Notes: generated by a model not told the origin, from the sequence alone. DNA of 32,000 bases from Mycolicibacterium smegmatis (GCF_001457595.1 NZ_LN831039.1:4920001-4952000), one strand, 5' to 3'. Positions 1-9,055 are shown, counted from the stretch's first letter. Numbers and translations are program-made.

Positions 1-1
1 G

Positions 2-310
2 AACGCCGGGCAGTGCGGTTCGTGTTTCAACGGGACCGCGGCCATGGCCGCGGTGGCCACCGCACTGCGTGACGGCACCGCGACCGACGACGACGTGGCC
101 AGGCTCAAGCGCTGGTCGGTGGTGCTGCGCGGGCGCGGGGCCTGCGCGACGCTCGACGGTGCGTGCAATGTGGCGGCGAGCCTGCTCTCCGGTTTCGACG
201 ATGTGGTGCGGCGCCACCTCGACAACAACTGCCCGGTGTGCCGGTCCGGCCCGTTCACCGCGACACGCCCGTACGAGGTGGAACAACTGGAATCGGTGGT
301 GGCCGTATGA
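2..310 (+). CDS. C-terminal part of NuoF-like (51 kDa, FMN/FeS) NADH dehydrogenase/ferredoxin reductase family protein, 5' truncated by window
   Basis: Frame is open from base 2: NAGQCGSCFNGTAAM...RGRGACATLDGACNVAASLL..., resembling the NuoF C-terminal FeS domain; stop 308-310 overlaps next ATG. Confidence 0.7.
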   Translation, partial: NAGQCGSCFNGTAAMAAVATALRDGTATDDDVARLKRWSVVLRGRGACATLDGACNVAASLLSGFDDVVRRHLDNNCPVCRSGPFTATRPYEVEQLESVVAV

Positions 311-537
311 GAGTCAAACTGGACCGCACGATGTGCGACGGGTTCGGCCTGTGCGCCAGGCACGCACCCGAGTACTTCCCGCTCGACGACTGGGGTTATG
401 CGTCGCTGCACGGTGACGGCAACGTCGCCGAGGCCGACGAGCCCGCGGTCAAGCGCGCCCTGCTCGATTGCCCCGTGCACGCGATCATCGAGTTGCGCGA
501 GAAGCAGGCAACGCCCGCCGGCGAAACCACCAGCTGA
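307..537 (+). CDS. Small P450-type ferredoxin (C-x5-C...CP), variable residue F
   Basis: 76 aa, MRVKLDRTMCDGFGLCARHAPEYFPLDDWGY...LLDCPVHAI; ATGA overlap with upstream gene. Confidence 0.9.
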   Translation: MRVKLDRTMCDGFGLCARHAPEYFPLDDWGYASLHGDGNVAEADEPAVKRALLDCPVHAIIELREKQATPAGETTS

Positions 538-584
538 TAACGTGATTCTCTGCAGACGATAACCCGCTTACCACCGGAGCCGAC

Positions 585-2240
585 TTGTCACAGATCCCCG
601 GGCGTCCCCTGCCGACGGTCACCGCGCTCAACGAGTACTTCTGGACCGCGGGCCGTGACGGCGTGCTGCGCATCCAGGAATGCCGGTCGTGCGGCGCGCT
701 GATCCATCCCCCGCAGCCGATCTGCCGCTACTGCCGCAGCCACGATCTCGGCGTCCGCGACGTGTCCGGGCGCGCGACGCTCGCGGGTTTCACGGTCAAC
801 GAGCGGTTCGGATTCCCCGATATGCCACCGCCGTACGTGGTGGCCGAGGTTGCGATCGTCGAGGATCCGCGGGTCCGGTTGACCACCAACATCGTCGACT
901 GCGACCCGCAGTCACTCGAGCTCGGACAACCGGTGGAGGTGTCCTTCCAGCACATCGATGACGTGTGGCTTCCGGTGTTCACCCCGTCGGCGGACACCAC
1001 GCCCACCCCGGCTCCGGTCGAGGACATCGCACCGCAGGACATCGGCAAGTTCGTCCGCCCGATGCTCACCGAGGACAAGTTCGAGGATCATTCCGCGATC
1101 ACTGGCATCGGCATGTCGAGGATCGGCAGGCGACTCATGGTGCCGCCGCTGTCGCTGACCATCGAGGCGGCCGAACGGGCCGTCGCCGACGCCGGTCTGA
1201 CGCTCGACGACATCGACGGGCTGTCCACGTACCCGGGCCTCGACATCGCCGGCATGGGCGAGGGCGGCGTCTCGGTCCTCGAAGGAGCCCTCGGGTTGCG
1301 CCCCACGTGGATCAACGGCGGTATGGACACCTTCGGCCCCGGCGGATCGGTGATCGCGGCGATGATGGCGATCTCGGCCGGGCTCGCGCGCCATGTGCTG
1401 TGCTTCCGCACGCTGTGGGAGGCCACCTTCGGCCAACTGGTCAAGGAGGGCAAGATGTCCCCTCCGATGAGCGCGCGTACCAACAGCTGGCAGCAGCCTT
1501 ACGGTGCCACGTCGGCCGCTCACACGTTGGCGCAGAACGCCGGACGCCACTTCCACCGGTACGGCACCACGCGCGAGACGCTGGGCTGGATCGCGCTCAA
1601 CCAGCGGGCCAACGCCGCGCTGAATCCCACCGCGATCTACCGCGAACCGCTGACCATGGAGGACTACCTCTCGGCACGCACCATCACCACGCCGTTCGGT
1701 CTCTACGACTGCGACGTCCCGTGCGACGGTGCGGTCGCGGTGATCGTCTCGGCCGTCGACGCCGCGCGCGATCTGCCCAAACCGCCCATCAGGTTCGAGG
1801 CCGTGGGCACCCAGATCATCGAGCGCCTCGACTGGGACCAGACCACACTCACCCACGAGCCTCAGGTGCTCGGTCAGAGTGCCCACATGTGGTCGCGAAC
1901 CTCGTTGCGGCCCAGCGATGTCGACGTGGCCGAGCTGTACGACGGTTTCACGTTCAACTGCCTGTCCTGGCTCGAGGGCCTGGGGTTCTGCGGTATCGGC
2001 GAGGCCAAGGACTTCCTCGACGGCGGCAGGAACATCGCGCGTGACGGGATCATCCCGCTCAACACCCACGGCGGGCAGCTCTCGCACGGCCGCACCCACG
2101 GCATGGGGCTCATCCACGAGGCCGTCACGCAGTTGCGCGGTGAGGCGGGCGAACGGCAGGTCGAGGATGCTCGGGTGGCGGTCGCCAGCAGCGGCGGACT
2201 GACCCCCAGCGGTGTCCTGTTGCTGCGGAGAGACGACTGA
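585..2240 (+). CDS. DUF35/OB-fold domain fused to SCPx/Ltp2-like thiolase-fold protein (lipid-transfer/retro-aldolase family)
   Basis: TTG start; N-terminal zinc ribbon CRSCGALIHPPQPICRYC plus OB domain; C-terminal thiolase fold with GGQLSHGRTHGMGLIHEAV. Confidence 0.85.
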   Translation: MSQIPGRPLPTVTALNEYFWTAGRDGVLRIQECRSCGALIHPPQPICRYCRSHDLGVRDVSGRATLAGFTVNERFGFPDMPPPYVVAEVAIVEDPRVRLTTNIVDCDPQSLELGQPVEVSFQHIDDVWLPVFTPSADTTPTPAPVEDIAPQDIGKFVRPMLTEDKFEDHSAITGIGMSRIGRRLMVPPLSLTIEAAERAVADAGLTLDDIDGLSTYPGLDIAGMGEGGVSVLEGALGLRPTWINGGMDTFGPGGSVIAAMMAISAGLARHVLCFRTLWEATFGQLVKEGKMSPPMSARTNSWQQPYGATSAAHTLAQNAGRHFHRYGTTRETLGWIALNQRANAALNPTAIYREPLTMEDYLSARTITTPFGLYDCDVPCDGAVAVIVSAVDAARDLPKPPIRFEAVGTQIIERLDWDQTTLTHEPQVLGQSAHMWSRTSLRPSDVDVAELYDGFTFNCLSWLEGLGFCGIGEAKDFLDGGRNIARDGIIPLNTHGGQLSHGRTHGMGLIHEAVTQLRGEAGERQVEDARVAVASSGGLTPSGVLLLRRDD

Positions 2241-2242
2241 CC

Positions 2243-3139
2243 GTGGCGAGTTCGGACGGGACCGACCGATCGGCGCCGCATCCCCGCGTCGTCCTCGCCG
2301 ACGGCGTCCCGATGTCGGCCCTGGTCGCCAAGGCGCCCGAACCGCGTGCGGTGGTCGTGGCGCTGCACGGCGGGGCGACCACGTCGGCGTACTTCGATTG
2401 CCCTGGCCACCCGGAACTCTCACTGCTGCACGCGGGTGTGGCGGCCGGTTTCACGGTCGTCGCCCTCGACCGCCCGGGATACGGCGCGTCCGCACCGTAC
2501 CCGGAGGCCATGGCGCGTCCCGAACAACGCCTGGCGCTGGTGTTCGGTGCACTCGAACGGATCGTGGGCACGCAGGACCTGTTCCTGTTGGGGCACTCGG
2601 TGGGTTGTGAGCTCGCCGTGCGGATGGCCATCTCCGGTGCCCGCGTCGTGGGTATCTCGCTGGCAGGAACCGGGCGCCGGTATCAGTCCGCGGGGCGCGA
2701 CATCCTCAAAAACGCGTCGTCCGACCACCGTCCGCGTGGTCTGCGGGAGCTGCTGTGGGAGCCGGCCCGGCTGTATCCGCCCGACGTGCTCGGCAGCGGA
2801 TTGTCCTCGGGCGGCGCCGCGTACGAGGGTGATGTGGTCAAAACCTGGTCCTGGCAGGACTTTCCGCAACTCGCCGCGCTCGTGAAGGTTCCCGCCCAGT
2901 TCATCGCCGGTGACCACGAGAACGTGTGGGAGGCCGGCACCGACGCGTTGGCGGCCATCGGTGCGATGTTCACCGCGTCGCCGCGCGTGGACGTCGAGGT
3001 GCTGCCCGAGTCCGGCCACAACCTCAGCGTGGGCCACACCGCGGCCGAATATCACCAGCGGGTCTTGTCATTCGCCGCCGAGTGCCTGGATGTTCGGGCC
3101 ACCCGCGCCGGCACCGATGTGGAAGTGGAGGCAGGTTGA
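2243..3139 (+). CDS. Alpha/beta hydrolase
   Basis: GTG start; 298 aa; HGG oxyanion-type motif and GHSVG nucleophile elbow; LDRPGYGAS. Confidence 0.88.
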   Translation: MASSDGTDRSAPHPRVVLADGVPMSALVAKAPEPRAVVVALHGGATTSAYFDCPGHPELSLLHAGVAAGFTVVALDRPGYGASAPYPEAMARPEQRLALVFGALERIVGTQDLFLLGHSVGCELAVRMAISGARVVGISLAGTGRRYQSAGRDILKNASSDHRPRGLRELLWEPARLYPPDVLGSGLSSGGAAYEGDVVKTWSWQDFPQLAALVKVPAQFIAGDHENVWEAGTDALAAIGAMFTASPRVDVEVLPESGHNLSVGHTAAEYHQRVLSFAAECLDVRATRAGTDVEVEAG

Positions 3140-3957
3140 TGCGAGTCGGATTCATCGGTCTGGGCAGTCAGGGGGCGCCGATGGCCCGCAGGATCGTCGA
3201 AGGCGGATTCGAGACGACACTGTGGGCGCGCAGGCCCGCATCGCTCGAGCCGTTCGCCGACACGGCCGCCAAGGTGGCGGGCACCCCGGCCGAACTCGCG
3301 GCGGCCAGCGATCTGGTGTGCCTGTGTGTGGTGGGCGACGACGACGTCAGAGAGGTCCTGGGTGGTGAGACGGGTGTGTTGGCCGGCCTGGCACCGGGCG
3401 GGATCATCGCGATCCACTCGACCGTGCACCCCGACACGTGCACCGAACTCGCGAAACAGGTTGCCGAAAAGGGTATTTCGCTCATCGACGCCCCGGTCAG
3501 CGGCGGTGAGCCCGCCGCCAAGGCAGGCACACTGCTGGTGATGGTCGGCGGTGACGAGGACATCGTGGACAAGGTCCGTCCCGTCTTCGCCACCTACGCC
3601 GATCCCATCGTCCGTCTCGGCGGCGTCGGCAGCGGTCAGGTCGCGAAAATCCTCAACAACCTGCTCTTCAGCGCCAATCTCGGGGCCGCGATGAGCGCGC
3701 TCGAACTCGGTGAGGCCCTCGGTGTCCCTCGCAACGCGCTGTGTGAGGTGATCACGCGCGGCTCGGCCAACAGCAAGGCACTGGGCAGCATCGCGATGTT
3801 CGGCGGCACGCTCGACAATCTCGCACCCATCGCCGGTGCGTTGCTGCAGAAGGACTGCAGGCACGCCGCAAGCCTGGCCGACGCCGCGTCGGCATCCCAG
3901 GGCGCGGTGTTCGACGCGGCCGACGAGGCCCTCCGCCTCATGGACGTCCCGCGCTGA
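3139..3957 (+). CDS. NAD(P)-dependent 3-hydroxyisobutyrate dehydrogenase-like oxidoreductase (copy 1)
   Basis: MRVGFIGLGSQGAPMARRI Rossmann; DAPVSGG; GQVAKILNN catalytic Lys motif; ATG chosen inside longer ORF 2926..3957 because it overlaps upstream stop. Confidence 0.9.
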   Translation: MRVGFIGLGSQGAPMARRIVEGGFETTLWARRPASLEPFADTAAKVAGTPAELAAASDLVCLCVVGDDDVREVLGGETGVLAGLAPGGIIAIHSTVHPDTCTELAKQVAEKGISLIDAPVSGGEPAAKAGTLLVMVGGDEDIVDKVRPVFATYADPIVRLGGVGSGQVAKILNNLLFSANLGAAMSALELGEALGVPRNALCEVITRGSANSKALGSIAMFGGTLDNLAPIAGALLQKDCRHAASLADAASASQGAVFDAADEALRLMDVPR

Positions 3958-4748
3958 TGCGTATCGGTTTCCTCGGTGCCGGGCGCATGGGCGCCCCCAT
4001 GGTGCAGCGGCTCACCGCGGCAGGACACGATGTCCACGCACTCGGGCGCACGGACGAGAAACGAACCGCGGTAGCCGGATTGGGAGCCACACCCGTGGCC
4101 GCCGCCGCGGACGCCGTGCGCGACGCGGACGTCGTGATCGTATGCGTGTTCACCGACGAGCAGGTGCGCACTCTCTGCACGGATACTCTGCTCGACGCCA
4201 TGGCGCCGGGTGCGGCGCTGGTGCTGCACACGACGGGAAGCCCGCGCACGGCCGAGGACATCGCCGCACGCGCTGTGGACCGCGGCGTCGCGGTCGTCGA
4301 TGCGCCGGTCAGCGGAGGGCCGCACGACATCGCGGCCGGGTCGGTGACGGTGTTCGCCGGCGGCGACGCCGACGTCGTCGAGCGCGTCCGCCCCGCACTG
4401 GTCGCCTATGCCGAACCGCTCCTGCACGTCGGGCCGCTCGGCTCGGGCCAGCGCGTCAAGCTCGTCAACAACACGATGTTCGCGGCCCAGATCGGTGTGG
4501 TGGCCGAAGGCGTGCGACTGGCCCGTGAACTCGGTGTCGATGAGCCGACGGTGCTGTCAGCCCTCACGCACGGCAGCGCCGCGAGCCGTGCGCTGAGCGG
4601 GATCGCGGCGACCGGATCGGCCGAGGACTTCAAGGTCAGGGTCGGTGAGTTCATCGGCAAGGACGTCGCGGTGGTCCGCGCGACAGCCGCGGATCTCGGC
4701 GCCGACCTCGGGCTCCTTGACCATGCCGTCGACGCGGCACTGCGGTGA
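3957..4748 (+). CDS. NAD(P)-dependent 3-hydroxyisobutyrate dehydrogenase-like oxidoreductase (copy 2)
   Basis: MRIGFLGAGRMGAPMVQRL; DAPVSGG; GQRVKLVNN. Confidence 0.9.
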   Translation: MRIGFLGAGRMGAPMVQRLTAAGHDVHALGRTDEKRTAVAGLGATPVAAAADAVRDADVVIVCVFTDEQVRTLCTDTLLDAMAPGAALVLHTTGSPRTAEDIAARAVDRGVAVVDAPVSGGPHDIAAGSVTVFAGGDADVVERVRPALVAYAEPLLHVGPLGSGQRVKLVNNTMFAAQIGVVAEGVRLARELGVDEPTVLSALTHGSAASRALSGIAATGSAEDFKVRVGEFIGKDVAVVRATAADLGADLGLLDHAVDAALR

Positions 4749-4805
4749 TCTGATTCCTGTCCGTGACCCGGCATTTCGTGCTTTTCGACCACTGCCGGAC
4801 GCATT

Positions 4806-4842
4806 ACTGTTAGCGTTACAGTTCATTCGGTTCACGTAACGC
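4806..4842. promoter_or_regulatory. Inverted repeat GCGTTAC(4813-4819)...GTAACGC(4836-4842), overlapping ACTGT-N7-ACAGT (4806-4822)
   Basis: Read directly; lies 47-83 bp upstream of the P450 start at 4889. Confidence 0.45.
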
Positions 4843-4888
4843 CTCGCACAGCACTTCGGGCACCGGCCCCGCCGCGGAGGAGGAGCAT

Positions 4889-6091
4889 ATGACCACGCCC
4901 CAGATGATCTTCGATCCGTTCTCCGAGGAGTACTTCGAGAACCCCTTCGACATCTACCGTCAGATGCGCGACGACGCCCCGCTGTACTACGACTCCGAGC
5001 AGGACTTCTACGCACTGTCCCGCCACGAGGACGTCGCGGCCGCGCTGAAGGACCACGAGGCGTTCTCGTCGTCACGGGGATGCGACCTGGCGATGGTGAA
5101 GGGCGACGAACCGCCGCAGAAGTCGATCATCTTCATGGATCCGCCCGAGCACCGGCACATGCGCAGCCTGCTCAACAAGGCGTTCACACCGCGCGCGGTG
5201 CAGGCGCAACGCGACACCGTCGTCGAACAGGTCGAGCACTATCTCGGGCAGATCGACTCCGACGAGTTCGACGTCGTGCAGGATTTCTCGGGCCCGTTCC
5301 CGGTCGAGGTGATCACCCGCATGGCCGGCGTCGAGCCGGAATACCGCCAGCAGGTGCGGCACTGGATCGACACGAGCCTTTCGCGCGAACCCGGCCAGGT
5401 CGCATACTCCGAGGCCGGGATGAAGGCCAACATCGACACCGCGATGTACTACTACTCGCTGGTGCAGAAGCGCCGCGAGAACCCGCAGGACGACATGATC
5501 AGCCGGTTGATCGCCGCCGAGATCCCCGGTGAGAACGGGGAGATGCGCCGTCTCGACGACGTCGAGATCACCGGCTTCGCAACCCTTCTGGGTGGCGCGG
5601 GCGCCGAGACCGTCACCAAGCTGATCGGCACGGCAATGGTGACGTTCGCGAAGTTCCCCGACCAGTGGCAGAAGCTGCTCGACGACCGCAGCAAGGTGCC
5701 CGCGGCGGTCGAGGAACTCCTGAGGTACGAGGGACCCGTGCAGTACAACGTGCGCTACACGCTCAAGGAGGCGCGCGTGCCCAGCGGCACCATCCCGGCA
5801 GGCAAGCCGGTGTTCCTGCTCAAGGCGTCAGCCAACCGCGACGAGCGGGCGTGGACCGATCCCGACGTCTTCGACATCGACCGCGACCGCACCGAGGCGC
5901 AGAACCTCGGCCTCGGTTACGGCATCCACAGCTGCCTCGGCGCCGCACTCGCGCGTCTGGAGAGCACGATCGCCCTGGAGCGGCTGCTCGACTTCATGCC
6001 GCGCTACGAGGTCAAATGGGACGGCCTGCAGCGCGTCCACATGCAGAACGTCGCAGGCTACTCCCATGTGCCGGTGAAGGTGTTGCGTTGA
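4889..6091 (+). CDS. Cytochrome P450
   Basis: I-helix GAGAET, EELLR, heme loop LGYGIHSCLG; 400 aa. Confidence 0.96.
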   Translation: MTTPQMIFDPFSEEYFENPFDIYRQMRDDAPLYYDSEQDFYALSRHEDVAAALKDHEAFSSSRGCDLAMVKGDEPPQKSIIFMDPPEHRHMRSLLNKAFTPRAVQAQRDTVVEQVEHYLGQIDSDEFDVVQDFSGPFPVEVITRMAGVEPEYRQQVRHWIDTSLSREPGQVAYSEAGMKANIDTAMYYYSLVQKRRENPQDDMISRLIAAEIPGENGEMRRLDDVEITGFATLLGGAGAETVTKLIGTAMVTFAKFPDQWQKLLDDRSKVPAAVEELLRYEGPVQYNVRYTLKEARVPSGTIPAGKPVFLLKASANRDERAWTDPDVFDIDRDRTEAQNLGLGYGIHSCLGAALARLESTIALERLLDFMPRYEVKWDGLQRVHMQNVAGYSHVPVKVLR

Positions 6092-6291
6092 TGACCAAGA
6101 AGATTCACGTCGACTTGGGGCTGTGTGAGAGCAACGGCGTCTGCATGGGCGTCATCCCCGAGGTGTTCGACCTCGACGAGGAGGACTACCTGCACGTGCT
6201 CTCCGACGAGGTGACCCCGGAAAACGAGGCCCGCGTGCGCGACGCCGTGCGGCAGTGCCCGCGCCAGGCCATCTCGATCGACGAAGAGTGA
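6091..6291 (+). CDS. Small P450-type ferredoxin, variable residue N
   Basis: MTKKIHVDLGLCESNGVCMGVIPEVFDLDEEDYLHV...CPRQAI; start codon overlaps P450 stop. Confidence 0.92.
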   Translation: MTKKIHVDLGLCESNGVCMGVIPEVFDLDEEDYLHVLSDEVTPENEARVRDAVRQCPRQAISIDEE

Positions 6292-6298
6292 TCCCGCG

Positions 6299-7210
6299 CT
6301 AACGCGCGATCACCGTTTTGCCGAAACCCTCGATGGTCTCGAGCGCGTGCGCCAGGCTGTCCCCCGGGATCGTGACGTGCAGCCAGGTCACGCCGAGCGC
6401 GGCGAGTTGGTCGACGCCCGCGAGGTAGGCGTCGGCGTCGAAATCGTCGTCACCGGGGTTGCCGCCGTCGAAGTTGGTGAACACGATGTCCACCGTCGAC
6501 GGGTCGCGTTGGGCGGCATCGAGTTTGGTCCGCAGATCAGCGATCCCGGCTGTGAGCCTCTCGATCGAGTCGATCGCGGCGGTACCCGCGGTCTGCGCAA
6601 GCCCGGGCGGTGCGGCGAACGGGCACCAGCCGTCGCCGTGCCTGGCGACGCGCGCCCTGGCGGCCGCGGTGTTGCCGCCGATCCAGATCGGTGGCGGGTT
6701 CACCGGGCGGGGGTGCGCGGTGACGCCCCTGGCACTGAAATGCTTTCCCTGGTAGGTGAAGTCATCGGTGGTCCAGATGCCGCGGATGACCTCGAGGGAT
6801 TCATCGAACAACTCGGTGCGTTCGTCGAACGTCACCCCGAGTGCGGCGAACTCGCGTTTGAGGTAACCCACCCCGACCGCGAGCGTGAACCGCCCGCCCG
6901 AGAGCAGGTCGAGTGTCGCACCGGATTTGGCCACCACGAACGGGTTGCGGTACGGCAGCACCACGATGTTGGGTACCAGCCGCAGGGTGGTGGTCTGCGC
7001 GGCGGCGTACGCCATCGCCACGAACGGGTCGACGGCGTCGTGCCCACCGGCATCGAGCCAACGTTGTGACGGCGCCGGGTGATCGGTGAAGCCGAACCCG
7101 TCGAAACCGGCGGCCTCGGCCGCTGCTGCCACCGCCGCCACGCCGGACCCGCTGACGAGGTCCGGGTGGTAGGGGTGGCTGTGCATCGGGTGTGTGATGC
7201 TGTAGCGCAC
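6299..7210 (-). CDS. F420-dependent/luciferase-like (LLM class) oxidoreductase
   Basis: 303 aa; GFDGFGFTDHPAP, NPFVVAKSGATLDLLSGGRFTLAVGVGYLKREFAALG. Confidence 0.9.
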   Translation of the reverse strand: MRYSITHPMHSHPYHPDLVSGSGVAAVAAAAEAAGFDGFGFTDHPAPSQRWLDAGGHDAVDPFVAMAYAAAQTTTLRLVPNIVVLPYRNPFVVAKSGATLDLLSGGRFTLAVGVGYLKREFAALGVTFDERTELFDESLEVIRGIWTTDDFTYQGKHFSARGVTAHPRPVNPPPIWIGGNTAAARARVARHGDGWCPFAAPPGLAQTAGTAAIDSIERLTAGIADLRTKLDAAQRDPSTVDIVFTNFDGGNPGDDDFDADAYLAGVDQLAALGVTWLHVTIPGDSLAHALETIEGFGKTVIAR

Positions 7211-7225
7211 GGCCGGGCCCCTGGC

Positions 7226-7516
7226 TCAGGACGAAAAGCCCGAGAGGATGACCCCGTTGCAGTCGGCGACACTCTGCCGGATCTTGGCGGCGGCCTGGTA
7301 GGCGTCGGAGAAGTACCACTCGCGGGCGGCCTCGACCGACGGGAACTCCAGCACCACGGTCTGGGTGCCGTGCCAGGTGCCCTCGACCACCTCGGCCTTC
7401 TGGTCGACGGCGAGGATCGTCGCGCCTCCCATGGTGGGACCCGCGGCCTTCGCGTACTCGGCCATGCCTGCCGGGTCCTTGATGTCCTCGGTGATGATCA
7501 CATAGCCCTTGGGCAC
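7226..7516 (-). CDS. DUF1330 family protein
   Basis: 96 aa; MPKGYVIITEDIKDPAGMAEYAKAAGPTM...VVLEFPSVEAAREWYFSDAYQ. Confidence 0.85.
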   Translation of the reverse strand: MPKGYVIITEDIKDPAGMAEYAKAAGPTMGGATILAVDQKAEVVEGTWHGTQTVVLEFPSVEAAREWYFSDAYQAAAKIRQSVADCNGVILSGFSS

Positions 7517-7558
7517 AGTTCGAGTCTCCTTGTCGGTGAAGCGGATTGAGGTGGTGGA

Positions 7559-7747
7559 TCAGAGTTTGTGGATCGCGCTCTCGGGACAGCAGTCGATGGC
7601 TTCCCGGACTGCGGCCTCGTGCTCGGCGGGGACCTCCCCGGCAGCGGCCACCGCCCAGCCATCGTCGGACAGTTCGAAGACCTCCGGGCACAGTGTCAGG
7701 CACATGCCGTGGCCTGCGCACCGGTCCTCGTCGACGGCGACCTTCAT
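7559..7747 (-). CDS. Small P450-type ferredoxin, variable residue H
   Basis: 62 aa MKVAVDEDRCAGHGMCLTLCPEVFELSDDG...CCPESAI; 4-nt overlap with P450 stop. Confidence 0.92.
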   Translation of the reverse strand: MKVAVDEDRCAGHGMCLTLCPEVFELSDDGWAVAAAGEVPAEHEAAVREAIDCCPESAIHKL

Positions 7748-9021
7748 TTCACATCGAACTCCAGGTGCAGGTGGGTGAGCCCACGCAGGATGAACGTCGG
7801 GATGTACTTGTAGTCCCGATTGGCCGCCGGACCGTGGTGTTCCTCGGAGATCCGGATGTCGGTGGTGCGGTCGAGCAGTCGCTCCAGTCCGACGCGGGTC
7901 TCGGCACGGGCCAGCGGCGCGCCCGGGCAGCTGTGGATGCCACGGCCGAACGCCAGATGCTGGCGGGCGTTCTTGCGGGCCGGGTCGAAATCGTCGGGGT
8001 TCTCGAACCGGCGCGGGTCCCGGTTGGCCGCGCCGTTGACCACCATGACGGTACGGCCCGAGGGCAAGTCCTTGTCCCCCACCGTGACCGGGCAACGGGA
8101 GAGCCGGAAATCGCCCTTGACCGGACTCTCGTGGCGCAGCGCCTCTTCGATGAAGTTCGGCAACAGGCTGCGGTCCTCGCGCACCATCTTCTGCACGTCC
8201 GGCCGGTCTCCCAGTACCTTGAGCGCGGTGCCGAGCAGTCGGACCGTGGTCTCCTGACCCGCCGAGAAGACATTGGTGGCCACCCGTGCGACGTCGCCGG
8301 GGCTCGGGGTGGTGCCGTCTGGGAACAGTGCGGTGGCCATCCCCGTGAGGATGTCCTCGCGAGGGTTACTGCGCCGGTCCTCGATGTACGCCTCGAACTG
8401 GCCGTAGAGGAATTCCAGCGGGCTGTGCGACAGCGACTCGTCACCGGTGCTGCCCACGCCGCCGCCGGAGTTCTGCGAGATGCCGTCGACGAACGCGTTG
8501 CGGTCCTCGGCGGGGATGCCCAGCAGGTCCGCGATCACCAGCAGGGTGAACGGGCTGGCGAAGCCCTTGATGAACTCGCCCTTGCCCGGCGCCAGGAAAT
8601 CGTCGAGCACCTCGTCGGCCAGCTGCCACATCGCGTCCTCGTTCTCCTTGAGGCGCTTGGGCGTGATCAGCCGCATCATCAGCGAGCGGTGGTTGGTGTG
8701 CACCGGCGGGTCCAGGGTGGGCAGCTGATCGCTGAACGGCAGCTCGTCGCGGTGCTTCTCGATGAGTTCGGCGACGTCGTCGCGGCCCTCCAGCGGCACC
8801 GGGAAGCCGGGGAACGGCCCGGTGACCGAGGTGCATGAGGAGAAGCTCTTCTCGTCGTTGTAGACCGAGACAGCCTCCTCCCAGCCGGTCACCATGGTCA
8901 CCCCGTAGTGATCCTCGGACTGCACGGGGCACTTGTCCCGCAACGCGTTGAAATACGGGTACGGGTCGTCGACCAGCCGGGGGTCCTTGAACCAGTCGAT
9001 ACCGGCGGGATCGATCGCCAT
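7744..9021 (-). CDS. Cytochrome P450
   Basis: AGQETT, EEALR, AFGRGIHSCPG; alternative GTG start at 9030. Confidence 0.95.
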   Translation of the reverse strand: MAIDPAGIDWFKDPRLVDDPYPYFNALRDKCPVQSEDHYGVTMVTGWEEAVSVYNDEKSFSSCTSVTGPFPGFPVPLEGRDDVAELIEKHRDELPFSDQLPTLDPPVHTNHRSLMMRLITPKRLKENEDAMWQLADEVLDDFLAPGKGEFIKGFASPFTLLVIADLLGIPAEDRNAFVDGISQNSGGGVGSTGDESLSHSPLEFLYGQFEAYIEDRRSNPREDILTGMATALFPDGTTPSPGDVARVATNVFSAGQETTVRLLGTALKVLGDRPDVQKMVREDRSLLPNFIEEALRHESPVKGDFRLSRCPVTVGDKDLPSGRTVMVVNGAANRDPRRFENPDDFDPARKNARQHLAFGRGIHSCPGAPLARAETRVGLERLLDRTTDIRISEEHHGPAANRDYKYIPTFILRGLTHLHLEFDVK

Positions 9022-9055
9022 ATGTGTCACTCCGTTTCCTGACGGACTCAGACGT

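Noticed and set aside
912-2423. 503-aa minus-strand ORF opposite the DUF35-thiolase fusion
   Set aside because: Antisense shadow ORF; the plus strand clearly encodes conserved motifs.
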